Shown: positions 24,428 to 37,063, counted from the first letter of the whole stretch. The stretch is DNA of 61,806 nt, filler included, from Rhabdomonas costata (GCA_019059605.1; 25 parts of 25 records of this genome joined end to end with filler, not necessarily neighbours in it); one strand, 5' to 3'. Translations and numbers: made by a program. Notes: a model not told the origin generated them from the letters alone.

Positions 24428-27400
24428 CTGCACAGTCAGCCACAATAAAAAAGCAAAGAAAAATAACAAAAAATGGAGAATACCGAAAAGGCATAAAGCT
24501 GAACGAGCTTCGGAATGCAAAATACGTACGCATTAGAAAACCCACAAGAACTCACACCCAAGTCAAGAAAGGGGGACTCACTAGAGAGCGTTTCGGGAGG
24601 ACAATTGTACATAAAATTGGCAGAAGAAAGAAGACCCCTCCCCCCTAATCCCTGCACCGGCTTCGCCCATCATCATCGCTGTNNNNNNNNNNNNNNNNNN
24701 NNNNNNNNNNNNNNNNNNNNNNNNNNTTAATTAATTAANNNNNNNNNNNNNNNNNNNNNNNNNNNNNNNNNNNNNNNNNNNNGTGTGGGTGTACGCGACA
24801 TTGTGGTACGCCACACACACCACACCTGTAAGTACTGCAGCTATTTGGCAGGAGGTGGAGTACGCGGGTGGGGTACGCCACAAAGGTGCGACACACCTGT
24901 TAGTACGTAACCTCTCCCGTTGTTGTTGTGCACCGGAGAGTTCACATCACACCGCTGTCTGCACCAGAAGTATGGAAGACGTCCTGGCCACCAGCAGTGG
25001 GGATTCGCATTGGAAGTCACTGGATCCCTTGCCAAACCTTGGGTTCGGGACGAAAGTGGGGGGTCTTCCGCGTGTTGTCTCGCTCGAGGAGCTTGAAACG
25101 GACTCTGTTTAAATCCGCCTGCTTGGACTGTGTAGGGGCCAAGTTTTCTGGAATGTACCATCAGTTTCCTCTGCAATCCAGAGGTGGCAAAAGAAAAATG
25201 TGTACTGGGATTTGAACCCACAACTGTGTAGCACCGCACACCCCACGCTCGCCACTGAACCATTGCTTCCTGTAATAACTGTCCTCCGAAGCCCCACACT
25301 GTGTATACACGCTTGTATTGAAAGCTTTTTGGAATTGAACACAAGACGTTGGCAACATTTGGGATTTCCGCTCCTTGGCTTCACAATGTAGCGAGCGGGA
25401 TGAAACCCACAACCTTCTTCACCTGGCTGATGTAGACCTCGGCAAGGCTACAGGGAGGGGGGACTTTCACAAACATGTGTGGCGGGATGAGGGCGGGATG
25501 TTGGGAGGAGTGGGGGGTACGAGAACAATTTTGGGTAACTGTGGACTAAGTGACTAAGGCCTGCGTTGTGCGCCGTTTGTGCGGGCATACTTTTTTCCGA
25601 TTTCCGGGAGATAGATTTTTGGTGGTTCACTAATATTTTATTTGTGATTCGTCCCCCTTTTGCAGACAACTTTTAGCAGACACGTTTGGTGCCAAACATG
25701 GCCTCTTTGGCACAAAAGGTAGCAATTTATTCAAACGTGCAGCGTGTCACCATTGGCGAGGGAGGTAGACATCGGCAGGGCGATGTGGAGGCGGCTGCCA
25801 TCAGTCGTCATTAATAGAAGCTGACACATGCTTTTGAAGTGAGTTACTATAAGTGGAACGCCAAAAATACGGTGGGGGACTTTCACGAACATTTGAAGCG
25901 GGATGAGGTCGCGTGGGGGCCTCCTTGGCACAAAAGGTAGCAGCTTGTTCGACGAGACAGGACCAGACAGGAAAGAAACAAGTGTGGAAAACATTCTTTT
26001 GATATGGCGTAGGGATGCATCGAAAGCGATCAGCACTGCTGCGCATAAGGAGACTTTAACACCAAAAAACAAATGCACACACTGGAGGGAATCCGAATGA
26101 CAGGTTGAGACCAAAGATAAAAGATAATAAACTGACTGCAGAACTGATTTCACACCACCAAGCCAATGTTCAAGCAAACCGAAAATATCACAGCAAGAAT
26201 AGACACACATACACACACGAACACAGAAATAGTGGTCCTCACCCGAAAAGTCCCCAGGTTTTATTATATTTTTAAGGTTTTATTTTATTTTATTAAGGTT
26301 TTATTTACCGCATATAATAATAACGCTTATCAATAACGCTTATCGTCGTAAAAATAACGTTTATCACATATTATAATATAATAACTTCCGGGCTAATCCG
26401 AAACATGTTTAGGTTCTTTAGTAGCCTCCAGAAACGCTGTGTGATAACTATGGTTAACATAACAAAAATTAAATAATTGTTACAATTGGAATTAAAATTT
26501 CTTAATTAAATTATACACAATCGAATGCAATAACAATATATGATATCATCATATGCCTTCTTGATCCTGTCAAAGCCACGCACGATTGTTGAACCACCCA
26601 GTTTTTGAAGTTAAGCATAAACGGCTAACGGAATTTTGGGTACAAATGTTTTGTGGATGAGCTTTGCGAAAGCAGAAAATCTGATTTTGAGTGCACTGCA
26701 ATGAAGATTGTGCTTTTATATCTAGTTACAATACCCATCACCACATCAGTGATTAATAGCAATACAAACAACCAAGAGGGCGAGACATTTTAATGCAATT
26801 TTATGTCATGTAGACTGTGTGGTCTGTGTAGTTTTTTGTTTACATTACATTCAAATCTAATAATGGATTGGCTGTGAATTAATTATTATTAATTCATTAA
26901 TGCATTGTGAGACAGTGTTGAAACATGTCGTATCATATCATGCCGATGATTGTAATTTCCCCTTTGGGTATCCCCTTATTATCATGCCTTATCGGCTTAC
27001 CGTCTCCATGTGTTTCAGGCACTCTGACAAACTCATAAGTAAGTTCTACTTACTCCATTGGAAAGCAGTTTGAATGAAATCAAGTGTTCAGAGATATCAA
27101 TTGGGGCTCAGAATTAAGTGTTACATATGGATAATAACAGGAAGAGATTACAACACAAACNNNNNNNNNNNNNNNNNNNNNNNNNNNNNNNNNNNNNNNN
27201 NNNNTTAATTAATTAANNNNNNNNNNNNNNNNNNNNNNNNNNNNNNNNNNNNNNNNNNNNTGTGTGGTGTACTGCCACGCCAATCTTGCGTCTCTCCGCA
27301 ATGTGCTTTTGCGGGTTTGTGCTGCCTTCCTGCCTTCAGTGCCGCTCCAAATTCCACTCACCGGCCTCCTACGTCGTTTGTTTACAGGAGAATGAGTTGG

Positions 27401-28063
27401 GCTCCGATCGCTGTACTGTCGGCATTCTCAGCTATCTGAAGACTTTGCGGCAGATTATGTAGGGCACCCTTTGGTTAAAGTTTGGCTCCTAGTAGAAGTT
27501 CAATGGACCGCACGATTGTTGAGCGTTGGCAGCTCCCTGCAGGGGTCGTGGTCTCTCACATTGTTGTTGTTGTCGTTGTGCAGGTCAGCGGGCCGCAGAC
27601 CACCGTTTTTCTGGCTTATGATGCGAGGGGTGACGACGATTGGAGCTTCTTCAGAGACATCCAGCGCAGCTTTGCGGTGAAACTTCTTGGACAGGGTTCA
27701 GAGTCTGCCGCGGAAGAGTCTTCAGGGGAGTTTGTTCTGTACCAACTGCAGCTTCGGCAATAACTGTGAACATCTTTCTTGCAACATCAGTTTCTCTGCG
27801 AATACTTGTTGTGGGGATGTCACCCTGCCCTGCTGCCCTCTGGAGTGCTGCGCGAAACGAGGCCTTGCCTTTCTTTCACTCTCGTAATTGTCTAGTCCTA
27901 GCTGCTTAAGATTCCGCCTCTGGAGGATGACGCTGATGCCTCCTACTTCTTATCTCTTTCCTCCTCCTCCTCGTTGATGCCTGTCTTCACAACCTGCTTC
28001 TGCCTGGGGCTGACCGCTTGGCGTTGTTGTTTGTACGCTTTGGGAACTGTGCATATATACATA

Positions 28064-28308
28064 CGGCATAGGTCTACTTGACCGGCCAAAGGCAAAGGCA
28101 GCAAGGGGGCACCAAGTCACTGGAAGCAGCCTCTAGCTTCTCATCACCACACAAAGTTTCCAAGTCAAATAAAGAAAACATGGCTGCAGGATGAAGAAAA
28201 CAACACCCCCTAACACGAGGTAAGTTGCCCGGGGGGCTCCGCATGGCTTCCTAACCCCACATGATAAAAATACTTGAATTCCTTGGCCGGTCAAGTAGAC
28301 CGCTGCCA
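28064..28308. mobile_element. MITE-like non-autonomous DNA transposon with TA flanks
   Basis: Perfect 19-bp TIR core GGTCTACTTGACCGGCCAA (28071-28089) / TTGGCCGGTCAAGTAGACC (28283-28301), extending imperfectly to CGGCA...TGCCA and flanked by TA on both sides. No coding capacity. Confidence 0.7.
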
Positions 28309-28575
28309 TACATACATACTGTATATATATACTATACATAAGTTATACTATACTATACATAAGTTATTATATATACTATAGTATAGTATATATAAGTGTG
28401 TGTATATATTATATACATACTGTGTATATATACTGTGTAGGGAACTGTGCATATGAAAGGATTCGTTCTTTAACTGAACTTTCACCCCCTCATCATTTTT
28501 TGTTTTTCTTCATTTCGCAGCACCTCCCTTTCTTGCTTTTGTTTCCCACTGAGTCTGCTTTAGGCGCCAAAAACT

Positions 28576-29621
28576 ATGGGGTTTCCCTTCCAAGGAAAGG
28601 TGGGGATGTGGACGGGGCTTCTCTTGGTTGTTTTGGCCGCCCTGCTTCTGTGTGCGCTGGGGGGCGGCTCCCCCACCAGCCTGCTGGAGCCCCCTATCAC
28701 GCTTCTTCTGGTGAGTGACTCCCACCGGGACTTTGGTAGCCTTGCCAGGATAAAACGTTGGCTGGCCCACCGGCAGGTTACAGTGGACCACGTCCTCTTT
28801 GCAGGTGGGGCAAGTGGTGGGGACCCTCCCCCCTCCCTTCAGAACTCTCCCATTTTTATTGGACCCAGTATTTGTTAGCGACCCCTCATTTTGCGCACCA
28901 GACCCGTACCACAATTATGATCCGTGAGAGATGTTCTGACACAAGGTTGTGAGTGGTTTTTTGTGCTCTCGTTTTTATGTTGTGCAGCCATAGGTTTAGC
29001 GCGTTGGTGACTTCTTTTTAGGGCAAGGGTGTTCTGAAGCAGTTTTACTGTTGACGGGTTACCCTCGGTACGTCTGTGCGGAATCTCTCCGATAATTCGA
29101 ATGACCAAATATTGGTGCCCATCAAAAGCCGTCAAAAAAGGCCATCGCCAGAGGGCGTTTTCTCCGCCTTTTCGCCTCATCCTGGACGCTCCAAAAACTT
29201 GATGCTGTTTAGCCACCAAAGATCGCCACCCTCTTTCTTTTGATAGATGCCGGAAAGGAGAAAAGCGAGTGTCGGTAATAATCCGTCCCATGGCTTTTGA
29301 TATCAAAGCAAAGCTGTGGAGCGAGGAAGGTGGGCGACGGATGTTTCGATTTCTGCTCGACCGCAGGGGATTTCACCAATCTCGGAGCTGAGGACCAGTC
29401 CAACCCTGCCGCGGTGCAGGAGAGCGAGGGTTGCGTGGCAAGGCAGCTGGCCATCCTCTCTTCCATCGCCCCCAGTGGGGCGTTTGTTCCAGGAAACCAT
29501 GACCCTGCGCCGATGTTCAACCGCAGCGGTGCCGTGGGCGAGAGCGCGCCTGGGACGGACGTGGCGCGGGGCACTCCCTCGTTCATTTCGGCGCAGGGTC
29601 GTGTGGTGAGGCTCCGTGAAG
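28576..29621 (+). CDS. Secreted or membrane-anchored calcineurin-like metallophosphoesterase (N-terminal part)
   Basis: Exon 28576 (or ATG 28606)-28804 encodes a signal peptide (MWTGLLLVVLAALLLCALGG) and LLLVSDSH (DxH). Exon 29367-29621 completes LFAG|DFTN (GD) and FVPGNHD (GNHD). The intron is GT-AG. Confidence 0.88.
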
Positions 29622-30195
29622 GTAACTGGAGTGAACTTNNNNNNNNNNNNNNNNNNNNNNNNNNNNNNNNNNNNNNNNNNNNTTAATTAATTAANNNNNN
29701 NNNNNNNNNNNNNNNNNNNNNNNNNNNNNNNNNNNNNNGGGTGTACGAGCGCGGAGGGTTGGGCGCCCGTGAAGATTACTCCAAACGCGCCAGTCGGGGA
29801 TTCCAAGGCACCGCGTTGAGGCCAGCGAGGCGAGAATGGGGTGAGGCCGATGGGCCCATGCTGGGGGGAAGAGAAACGCGAGTCATCCCCAGAAAAAAGT
29901 CGTTTTGGCCAGGTGCACAAAGTGTGTGTTTGTCTGTGTTTGTGTGAGTATGTGTCTGTGCCTGTCCTTAGGCCAGGCGTGTGTGCATGTGTGGGCTACC
30001 CAGGCGAAAGGGGAATGGGGAATGGAGCGAACGGAAATTGGAAGATTTTTTGTTGCCACTTGCCCCAAGACCACGTGCCGCTCATATTCGTCGCGTGTTG
30101 CGTTGCGCACCCCTGCTTCACAGTTTCAAGTGCAGTTCTTTCGCTGGCCATTGTGCAGTGTGTGTTTGCAAATTTCTCGGTTAACTGTTCTGGAG

Positions 30196-30920
30196 TTAGG
30201 GTTCCAGGTGATTCTCTCTTGTCTCTTCAGTCAGCCTCCAAACCCTCACTGGTCGTTGTAGACTGAAAGGGGGCAGGGTTAGTTGCTTTGGCTGCAATGT
30301 GTCGCCGTACTCACTCCCTGTCCGACTGGAAACCAAACGCAGAACTCGAGGAAGAGTGACTTTTTGGTGGTATGGTACTTCTGAGGTGATTAGTCGGCAT
30401 CGAACTCCTCTATGCCAAGATTTGACCCCTTCCAGATCCGCTTTTGCCCTTTTGGACATATCCTGCGGCATCGTGATCACGTAGTAGACAGAGGGCTCCG
30501 GAAACCCGTTGAATCGCGTCGTCAGGGACATAGTGTAGGCCCCAAACATACGGTGGTATACCCAGTCGTTGACATGGAGCTCTGGAGTCCAGACTCCCGT
30601 GTTAATTGTATCGAGGCTATGAGCACAGACAAGCAAACACCGGCACTCACACGCCGTGCGTGGGAACCCGCCCGTGAGTCTGATACATCAAACGCCTTCC
30701 CCGCAACTCCGGTGAAAACAAGAGACGTCAGGTTCGCACCAAAAATTGATTGCAGATATGCAGCACCGTGTTCTATTAAACTGCCATGATCATTGACCGG
30801 TACACATAAGTTGTGGGGAGAAAGTGCGATGAACATATACCTGTCGCACGTTGGGCCAAAAAAAGTGCTGGGTAGCCACTTGGACGTGTCCGCCAGGTCC
30901 GGATTGGCAGAAAAAAGAAC
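30196..30920 (-). CDS. Ornithine/diaminopimelate decarboxylase family (group IV PLP enzyme) C-terminal domain, ODC-like
   Basis: Exons 30920-30841 and 30616-30196 give STFFGPTCDSLDTI...PELHVNDWVYHRMFGAYTMSLTTRFNGF, matching the ODC GPTCDxxD and DW...GAYT...FNGF motifs. A long C-terminal tail follows. Confidence 0.9.
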
Positions 30921-32214
30921 CTTTGCACATGAAAGGGTGCACCACAAGGTCCCATACAGGCAGACGGGATTCAAGCCTAAAACTATTGGTCGAAGAAAAA
31001 CGAGGCACGGAAGTATCCTTCAAACCCCCGAGCTGACGAGCTGCTTTCATTCTGATTTTTCTTGGGTTGTGTGAAAGCTGTCTAAGAAAAAGGAAACCCG
31101 CTCTCAATTTGAGGGGAAATAAAATTGAACAGAAATATTTCGTCACAGCTTAAAAAATGCAGCACACCGCGGGGGCACAGCCAAGTTATGTTTCTTACTT
31201 TTTTTTTGTTGAATTCATGTCGCCCAACAACTCTCACGTCTTTCTTTTTCATTGAGTTCCCCTACCCAGACGATGTGAAGAATCGTTGCTAAGGAAGCCA
31301 ACAAGCGTCGAAATGGCACAACGGAAGGAAAAGCTTGAGTTGCATTTTGGTTTATGAAAAAATTATCCGCCAACAGTCATATGGAAGTTGGTGTGGGTGG
31401 ATTTATCGCATGGAGAAGGGGTGAGCCTATAAAGGCAGAAAAAAGCCTGTTACATCTGAAGCAATGGATGTTGGGTGATACTAAAAGATGGGCCACACCG
31501 CAGGAATCCGCATTGTCCCCAGTGCAATTGTCGCTTTTCTCCGGTTTGCATATTTTCGGAGGGTTTGCATGCAGGATTTGCCGCCTGAATAGATCCATGG
31601 ATATCTTGATCGCCATCCTGGATCCCACATCGGGTCAGTAAAGTGCCTTATTTCCGCTTTTGCAGTTTCTTTGCGTTTTTGTTGTTGTTCTTCCTGATGC
31701 CGTTCGTGGTGGCTCCGTTTCGTTCTCCTTATCGTCCCCAGTTGTCGGCAAGGACTTGCTTGGGCCCACCATTGAGGTGGTGAGTCACCTACGGGTGTTT
31801 TGCAGCACCTTGCTCAACCTTGGTCAATTTTTGAGTTCACCAAAATAAGTATTCAAAACCGCGGCACTGGTACGTTTTTTTTTGGGATTTGAGAACCAAT
31901 GCTGTTTGAAAACTTGAATAGGGCTGGGCCATCTGCAGCGCTTGCCAAAAAGGGGGGGGGGCAACAAAGCTTTGTCAAAACCCATTCTTACCAAAACTCG
32001 CAGAATCTGACAATATCGATTGCTTCCGGAAAATTTCGAGAATTTCAAAAGAAAAATTCGAAGAAAAAATTCCATTTATTTGAAAAAAAACTGAAAATAA
32101 TCCAGATTTGAAAANNNNNNNNNNNNNNNNNNNNNNNNNNNNNNNNNNNNNNNNNNNNTTAATTAATTAANNNNNNNNNNNNNNNNNNNNNNNNNNNNNN
32201 NNNNNNNNNNNNNN

Positions 32215-33668
32215 GGGGGTTGTGCGCAGGCCGTTGGGCTCGATGGTGATCCGAGCAGCCTTGTTGTGAATGTACAGCAGCTGTGCGGCGGGGTGCCGAC
32301 GGGCGTAGTTGTGAAGGGCGCGAAGGGTGAGGTGCTCCCAGTTTGTTAGCGAGCCCTGGGCCACCACGGTATGTGGCGGGAGGATCGAGGAGAGGTTGCC
32401 CGCGCCGGCGTAGCCCACAAACAACCGCGCAATCTGAAAGCGCGATGAGGGTTTTCTCGTGCAAATGTCGAACCGAGCGACGGAAGCCATCCCAAACCAA
32501 AGCGCCTGGAATTGTTAACCCATGCATGCAGAAGACCCCGAGATCGACGTGACTGCGGGCATTGTTTACCTCTCTTGACCGTCAGGCGGGGGTGTCGAGT
32601 CGGCAGGAAAGACAAAGGGGTTCAAATATTCTTAAAGAATTTATACTTCAAAAAAGAGAAGAAGGGGCAAGGGGGCGGAGGATGTAAGCCAGCGCGTAAG
32701 ACTTTATGACAGTGACAAAGAAGGGGATTCTTTTTTCTTCGACCAGGTTTGTGCGTTCATCCCCCTCTCCAGTCAAGAGTTCGGGGGGAGGGGATGACTC
32801 GGTGCAACACCTTCAAAAATCATCAAAATTTGCACCCCACATTAAAGAAACGATCATCCAAGCTCACCTAGAACACCCTCGAGAGCCACAGAGCCATGAT
32901 TCAGCTCAACACGCACACCACATCCACCCACACATACAGACACAAACCTTTAGAATTCCCGAGTTCCGCAAGGCATTCACGATCTCCTGAGTAACCTCAA
33001 TGTACCGTCCAATTATCCCAATATGCATGAAGATGGCGACCTCCACTCCCGGGGGCGTCGGCAGTGCACCTCCAGCCTCTGGGCCATCACCCACCCACTC
33101 ATATTGCCGCAAGCACTCCACACACCCGTAGCAGCTGAAGAAGTTCCTCACAATCGCCCGCATCACAATAGTATTGCACGACCTTTGGTTGGAAACAGAA
33201 GAACCTGCCCAGACATCTTGCCCCGCACGATTTCTACCTCAATTGCGTTCTGCAGGGCTTCAGTTTGACTGCACAGATAAACAGACAAACAGATCAATCC
33301 AACCAAATATACATAGCAAACCACCCGCCTCCCAGAAAGCTGTGTTGACGCGGGACCCTTCACCCTCGGCCCGTGTGCCTGAACAAAAAAACACGAATTG
33401 TATTAAAACGATGTCATCACCATCGCAGCAGTTCGCCCAGTAATGGGGAGCTGCAGTGAGGATGTACGGGGCTCTCGGAAGGCACTTGACCTTTTGCTTG
33501 CGATTGTGCTTGCGTGTGCACTGGTGAAGCTGGTGGAGCTGAGGGGAGGGAAGACGGCGAGGGGATGGTCGAAAGAGGAATGTGGGGCCGCCTGCCAAGG
33601 TGAAGACCCGCCGCAAATACCAAGACCAAAAGCAGGATGACAAGGGAGGGAGGCAGCGTCAGTGCCAT
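32215..33668 (-). CDS. Type II membrane protein with a glycosyltransferase-like 'LYIHxK' domain (partial)
   Basis: Exon 33668-33421 encodes a signal anchor (SLVILLLVLVFAAGLHL) and a Pro/Ser stem. Exon 33182-32948 encodes VAIFMHIGIIGRYIEVTQEIVNALRNSGILK. Exon 32433-contig edge encodes IARLFVG...WEHLTLRALHNYARRHPAAQLLYIHNKA. Introns are GT-AG and phases are consistent. Confidence 0.75.
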
Positions 33669-35042
33669 CGGTCAGAAACTAAAAAAGCAGACAGTCCAGT
33701 CGCACAGGAAAAGTGCAGACGGTACCCCTGTTGAGAAAACAGTTGAACTATTGATTGGATCGGGTCGGCAATAAAAAACGCCCACAAAAGTCTCGGCTGA
33801 GATCTTGCCAAATCCATTTTCTTACGAGGAGCGCGCTTAGCGCAATACGCAGTATTCATTTCCCCAAAACGATACAGAACTTTCGTGTTCCACCCCTCTT
33901 CGCAATCGACCCCAATCTATTCCGCACAGACCTGAAGGTCCTAACAATTGAGGTTATTCCGATGTATTTCAGATGCCGACCAGCAACATGATTCGCAGAA
34001 CGCGAGAAATATCATGGCCCAAACGGTCCCGCCACCGTAACCACCCACAGAACCGTGCTCGAGAGCGAGCGCAACCGAGCAGGACGTGTAGCGTTTGTTG
34101 TGAGTTAAATGCAGTTTGGGGGATGTACACGAATGAGTGACGAAACAGGAAAAAAGGCCCTGACTTGCAATCAACTCAAACCACTTTTGAAACTGGGCCA
34201 GACGGTCCAGAAGAAGAAGAAGATTATGTGAAAGGAGGAGAGGGGGCAAGCAAATGCTCTATCTGGCCCGATCCTACCCTTCTCCCCTCCAAAAAAGAAA
34301 GCAGAAATGCGTGCCTTCTTGGGACGTAAGCCACACTTCTGAGACAGCTGATCACGAGGCGGCACTTAACCACAAATGCAGTAGCTTTCTCGCGGCCCAG
34401 AGACAGACATCCCAGAGGAGCCAGACACCGTGAACAGCAAGCGATGCAAAAAAAAAACAGGGCGAGGAGAAGCGTGCTCGGGTCTGCAGGCACGCAACAG
34501 GCGCGAACCCCCGAAAGGTCCTTCCAAACTACCCCACACAAGCGAGCGCACATGCCCTTCGCACACATCCACAGCGCTTACACACCCACCNNNNNNNNNN
34601 NNNNNNNNNNNNNNNNNNNNNNNNNNNNNNNNNNTTAATTAATTAANNNNNNNNNNNNNNNNNNNNNNNNNNNNNNNNNNNNNNNNNNNNGTTGGGTTGG
34701 AAGGCACTACTCAACGAAGTGAATGTTTGAAGAGCTGTGCAAAGGCAGCGAGTAGGACTTGGGTTCTCGCTTACAGTCCTTCTTCGCTTCTTCACTTTTC
34801 TGTGCATTCACTTACACATAGTGCCCGCTGAAAAGGGTTGTGTGCCCCCTTCTGTGAGAGCCCACAGACGTCGGAGGTGTCCCGGTCCATATAGCACCAA
34901 AACGGTCCCTTCTCTGCATTGTATGCCCTGCAGCTTCGCTCTGCTCCTCAATGTGGCGTACAGCGCATCAATGGGCGTTTTGTATTTTGATTGGGGGGAT
35001 ATGCAGTTCGGTTTGTGTTAGTTTTTCTGCTCATTGCGGTAG

Positions 35043-37063
35043 GTCCGGAACATCGTGAACCTGCTGCTCCGGGGCCGGTTCAAGCCGGAGCACAGCATGT
35101 GTCACCCAAGGTCTCTTCCCGTATTCCAGCACCCCAATCACTTATTGTAGAACGGTGGAGAGCTACGGTCCGTGTGCCCACTGCAAGCCACAGGCTGACT
35201 GCCTTTCCTTTCCCGTGGTCGAGGAGATTTGGGTCATATAATGTCATCAATGTCAACGACCACTAACGGTTACCATTTCTAGCAGTTACTACTGCTAACG
35301 GTCACCATTGCTAACGATGACCATTGCTAACGTTTACGTCTGCTTGAGGTTACCAATGCTAACTACAACTGCTAACCGTCACCACTGCCAACGGTTTCCC
35401 CTGCTAACGGTTACAATTGCTAACGGTTATGACCCACACCCACCCACCCGGCGTCAATTGGGCCCCGGCCCCACTAACTGGATGATCTGTGGATGGGTAT
35501 CCTTGATTGGGAGGGGGGGGGTCTCAGCTGGAGGGACTGCACGTTGTTCCCGGACGAGTGCCTGAAGATTGACGTGGCAGTGTTCGTGTACGCCTACGGC
35601 AGCGTGTTTCCGCACCGCCTGGCGACCGCTCTGGCCGAGGAGTGCTCCCGCCGCGCGGTGAGCGTGCTGCCCGTGATCACGTTCTACGACCAAGTCCGTC
35701 ATGACGACCAGGCAACCGCCCCCAATCAATCTGTCCCTCATTCAGTTCCCTCAACTCAAATTCGGTGCCCCTTTGCAACCTGTGCAATTGCTTCGATGTG
35801 GCCTTTGCTCTCGAGTTTCCTCTCAAACGCGTGCGCGGTTATGTGGTGGCACCCTCTGTATCACGGAACAAGGTAGTACTCTTCAGGCTTTCTGTGACAA
35901 AAGAGCAAACTGATTGCAACTCGAAAACTATATATAAAAACCTTCATGGCTCTATGGTGGTGGTGGGGAATCGGGTGCCCTGGGGGATGGGGTTCTTCGG
36001 TTTGGATGCCAGTGCAACTCTGAGAATGGACGTAGTGCAGGATGTCTCAGAGTGCGATGGATGGGGATGCATGGTTGCAATGCCCGTGCCGCCTGATAAA
36101 GGAGAGTTGGAAAAGTGGTACCAAAAAGCCACCATTCGGACTTCGGACTGGAGGTTTGGGGTTTGGGGTTTGGGGATAGGAAAAAATGTTTATCATCCAA
36201 AACCATGTCAGCATAGTTGCTTCTTTTGGATTCAAAATAAAAAAACATCTTTAGCTGACCTTTTTCTGCAATGAACCGATGATTTCTAGAGTTGCTGGAG
36301 ACTTTAGCTTTATTTTATTGTTTCTCACTGGGCAATGGCCATATCAGGATGCCATTGTTCTCTCACCCTTCACTACCGCACTCTTCCATCGACTCCAAGC
36401 CAAGCCAAGCTCCATCTGAATTGGGGCTTTCGCTTGAATGATCTGGAATCCTCCTCACCCACTCAGCTGAATGTGCACCTGGACTGCTGCGCGAGGATCT
36501 TCAACACCCACCCGATCTTCCTGACCAACCTCTGCGCGCTACCCCCCGCCGCGGAGGAATCTCCGCAGCAGCAGTCCGCCGTGGGGAAATCCAAAAAGGT
36601 GTGACACACCCACCCCCACCCCCACTCCCACCACCACAAGCACCTCCTGCGCACGCAAAAAAAATCAGCTGTTGACACGCTTCCGATACGGTCCGGCTGT
36701 GGATGTGGTTCCGGTACGGCGCATCTCGGAAGGTTAAGACTTGAGGGTCAGTGGTACTGCCGGGTTGACCCTTCACTGTTGATGTTCAAGGCCAGAGGCC
36801 TGCATTAATAGATGAGTGCTGCTGAAAGTTCTCCCAGAGCGACAAAAGATGAGCTCATTTTAACAGTAAAAGCCTGTCTGAATGCCCCTCGTGAATCTTA
36901 ACCTACTAGTGTGTTCAGGTGTCTGTTATTTCTGACGGTCTGCGGATGGGCGGCTAGTTTTTCAGCACTTCCACTCGCACAGGCGGTGCTGGACTTGGCC
37001 TCGCAACTGATGCTGTACGGGCAGCAGCACCACCGCTACCGCAAAGTCGACACCACCCCCCCC
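35043..37063 (+). CDS. IFI44-like P-loop GTPase-fold protein, C-terminal half (4 exons)
   Basis: Exons 35043-35110, 35528-35711, 36467-36598 and 36983-edge give VRNIVNLLLRGRFKPEHSMCHPSWRDCTLFPDECLKIDVAVFVY...AEECSRRAVSVLPVITFYDQV...LDCCARIFNTHPIFLTNL...AVLDLASQLMLYGQQH. The motif order resembles the IFI44 GTPase domain C-terminal half (recalled, not searched). Confidence 0.6.
35263..35430 (+). repeat. Degenerate minisatellite with a ~16-bp unit (GCTAACGGTTACCATT-like), inside an intron
   Basis: About 10 diverged copies, e.g. ctaacggttaccatt, gctaacggtcaccatt, gctaacgatgaccatt, gctaacggttacaatt. Confidence 0.85.
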
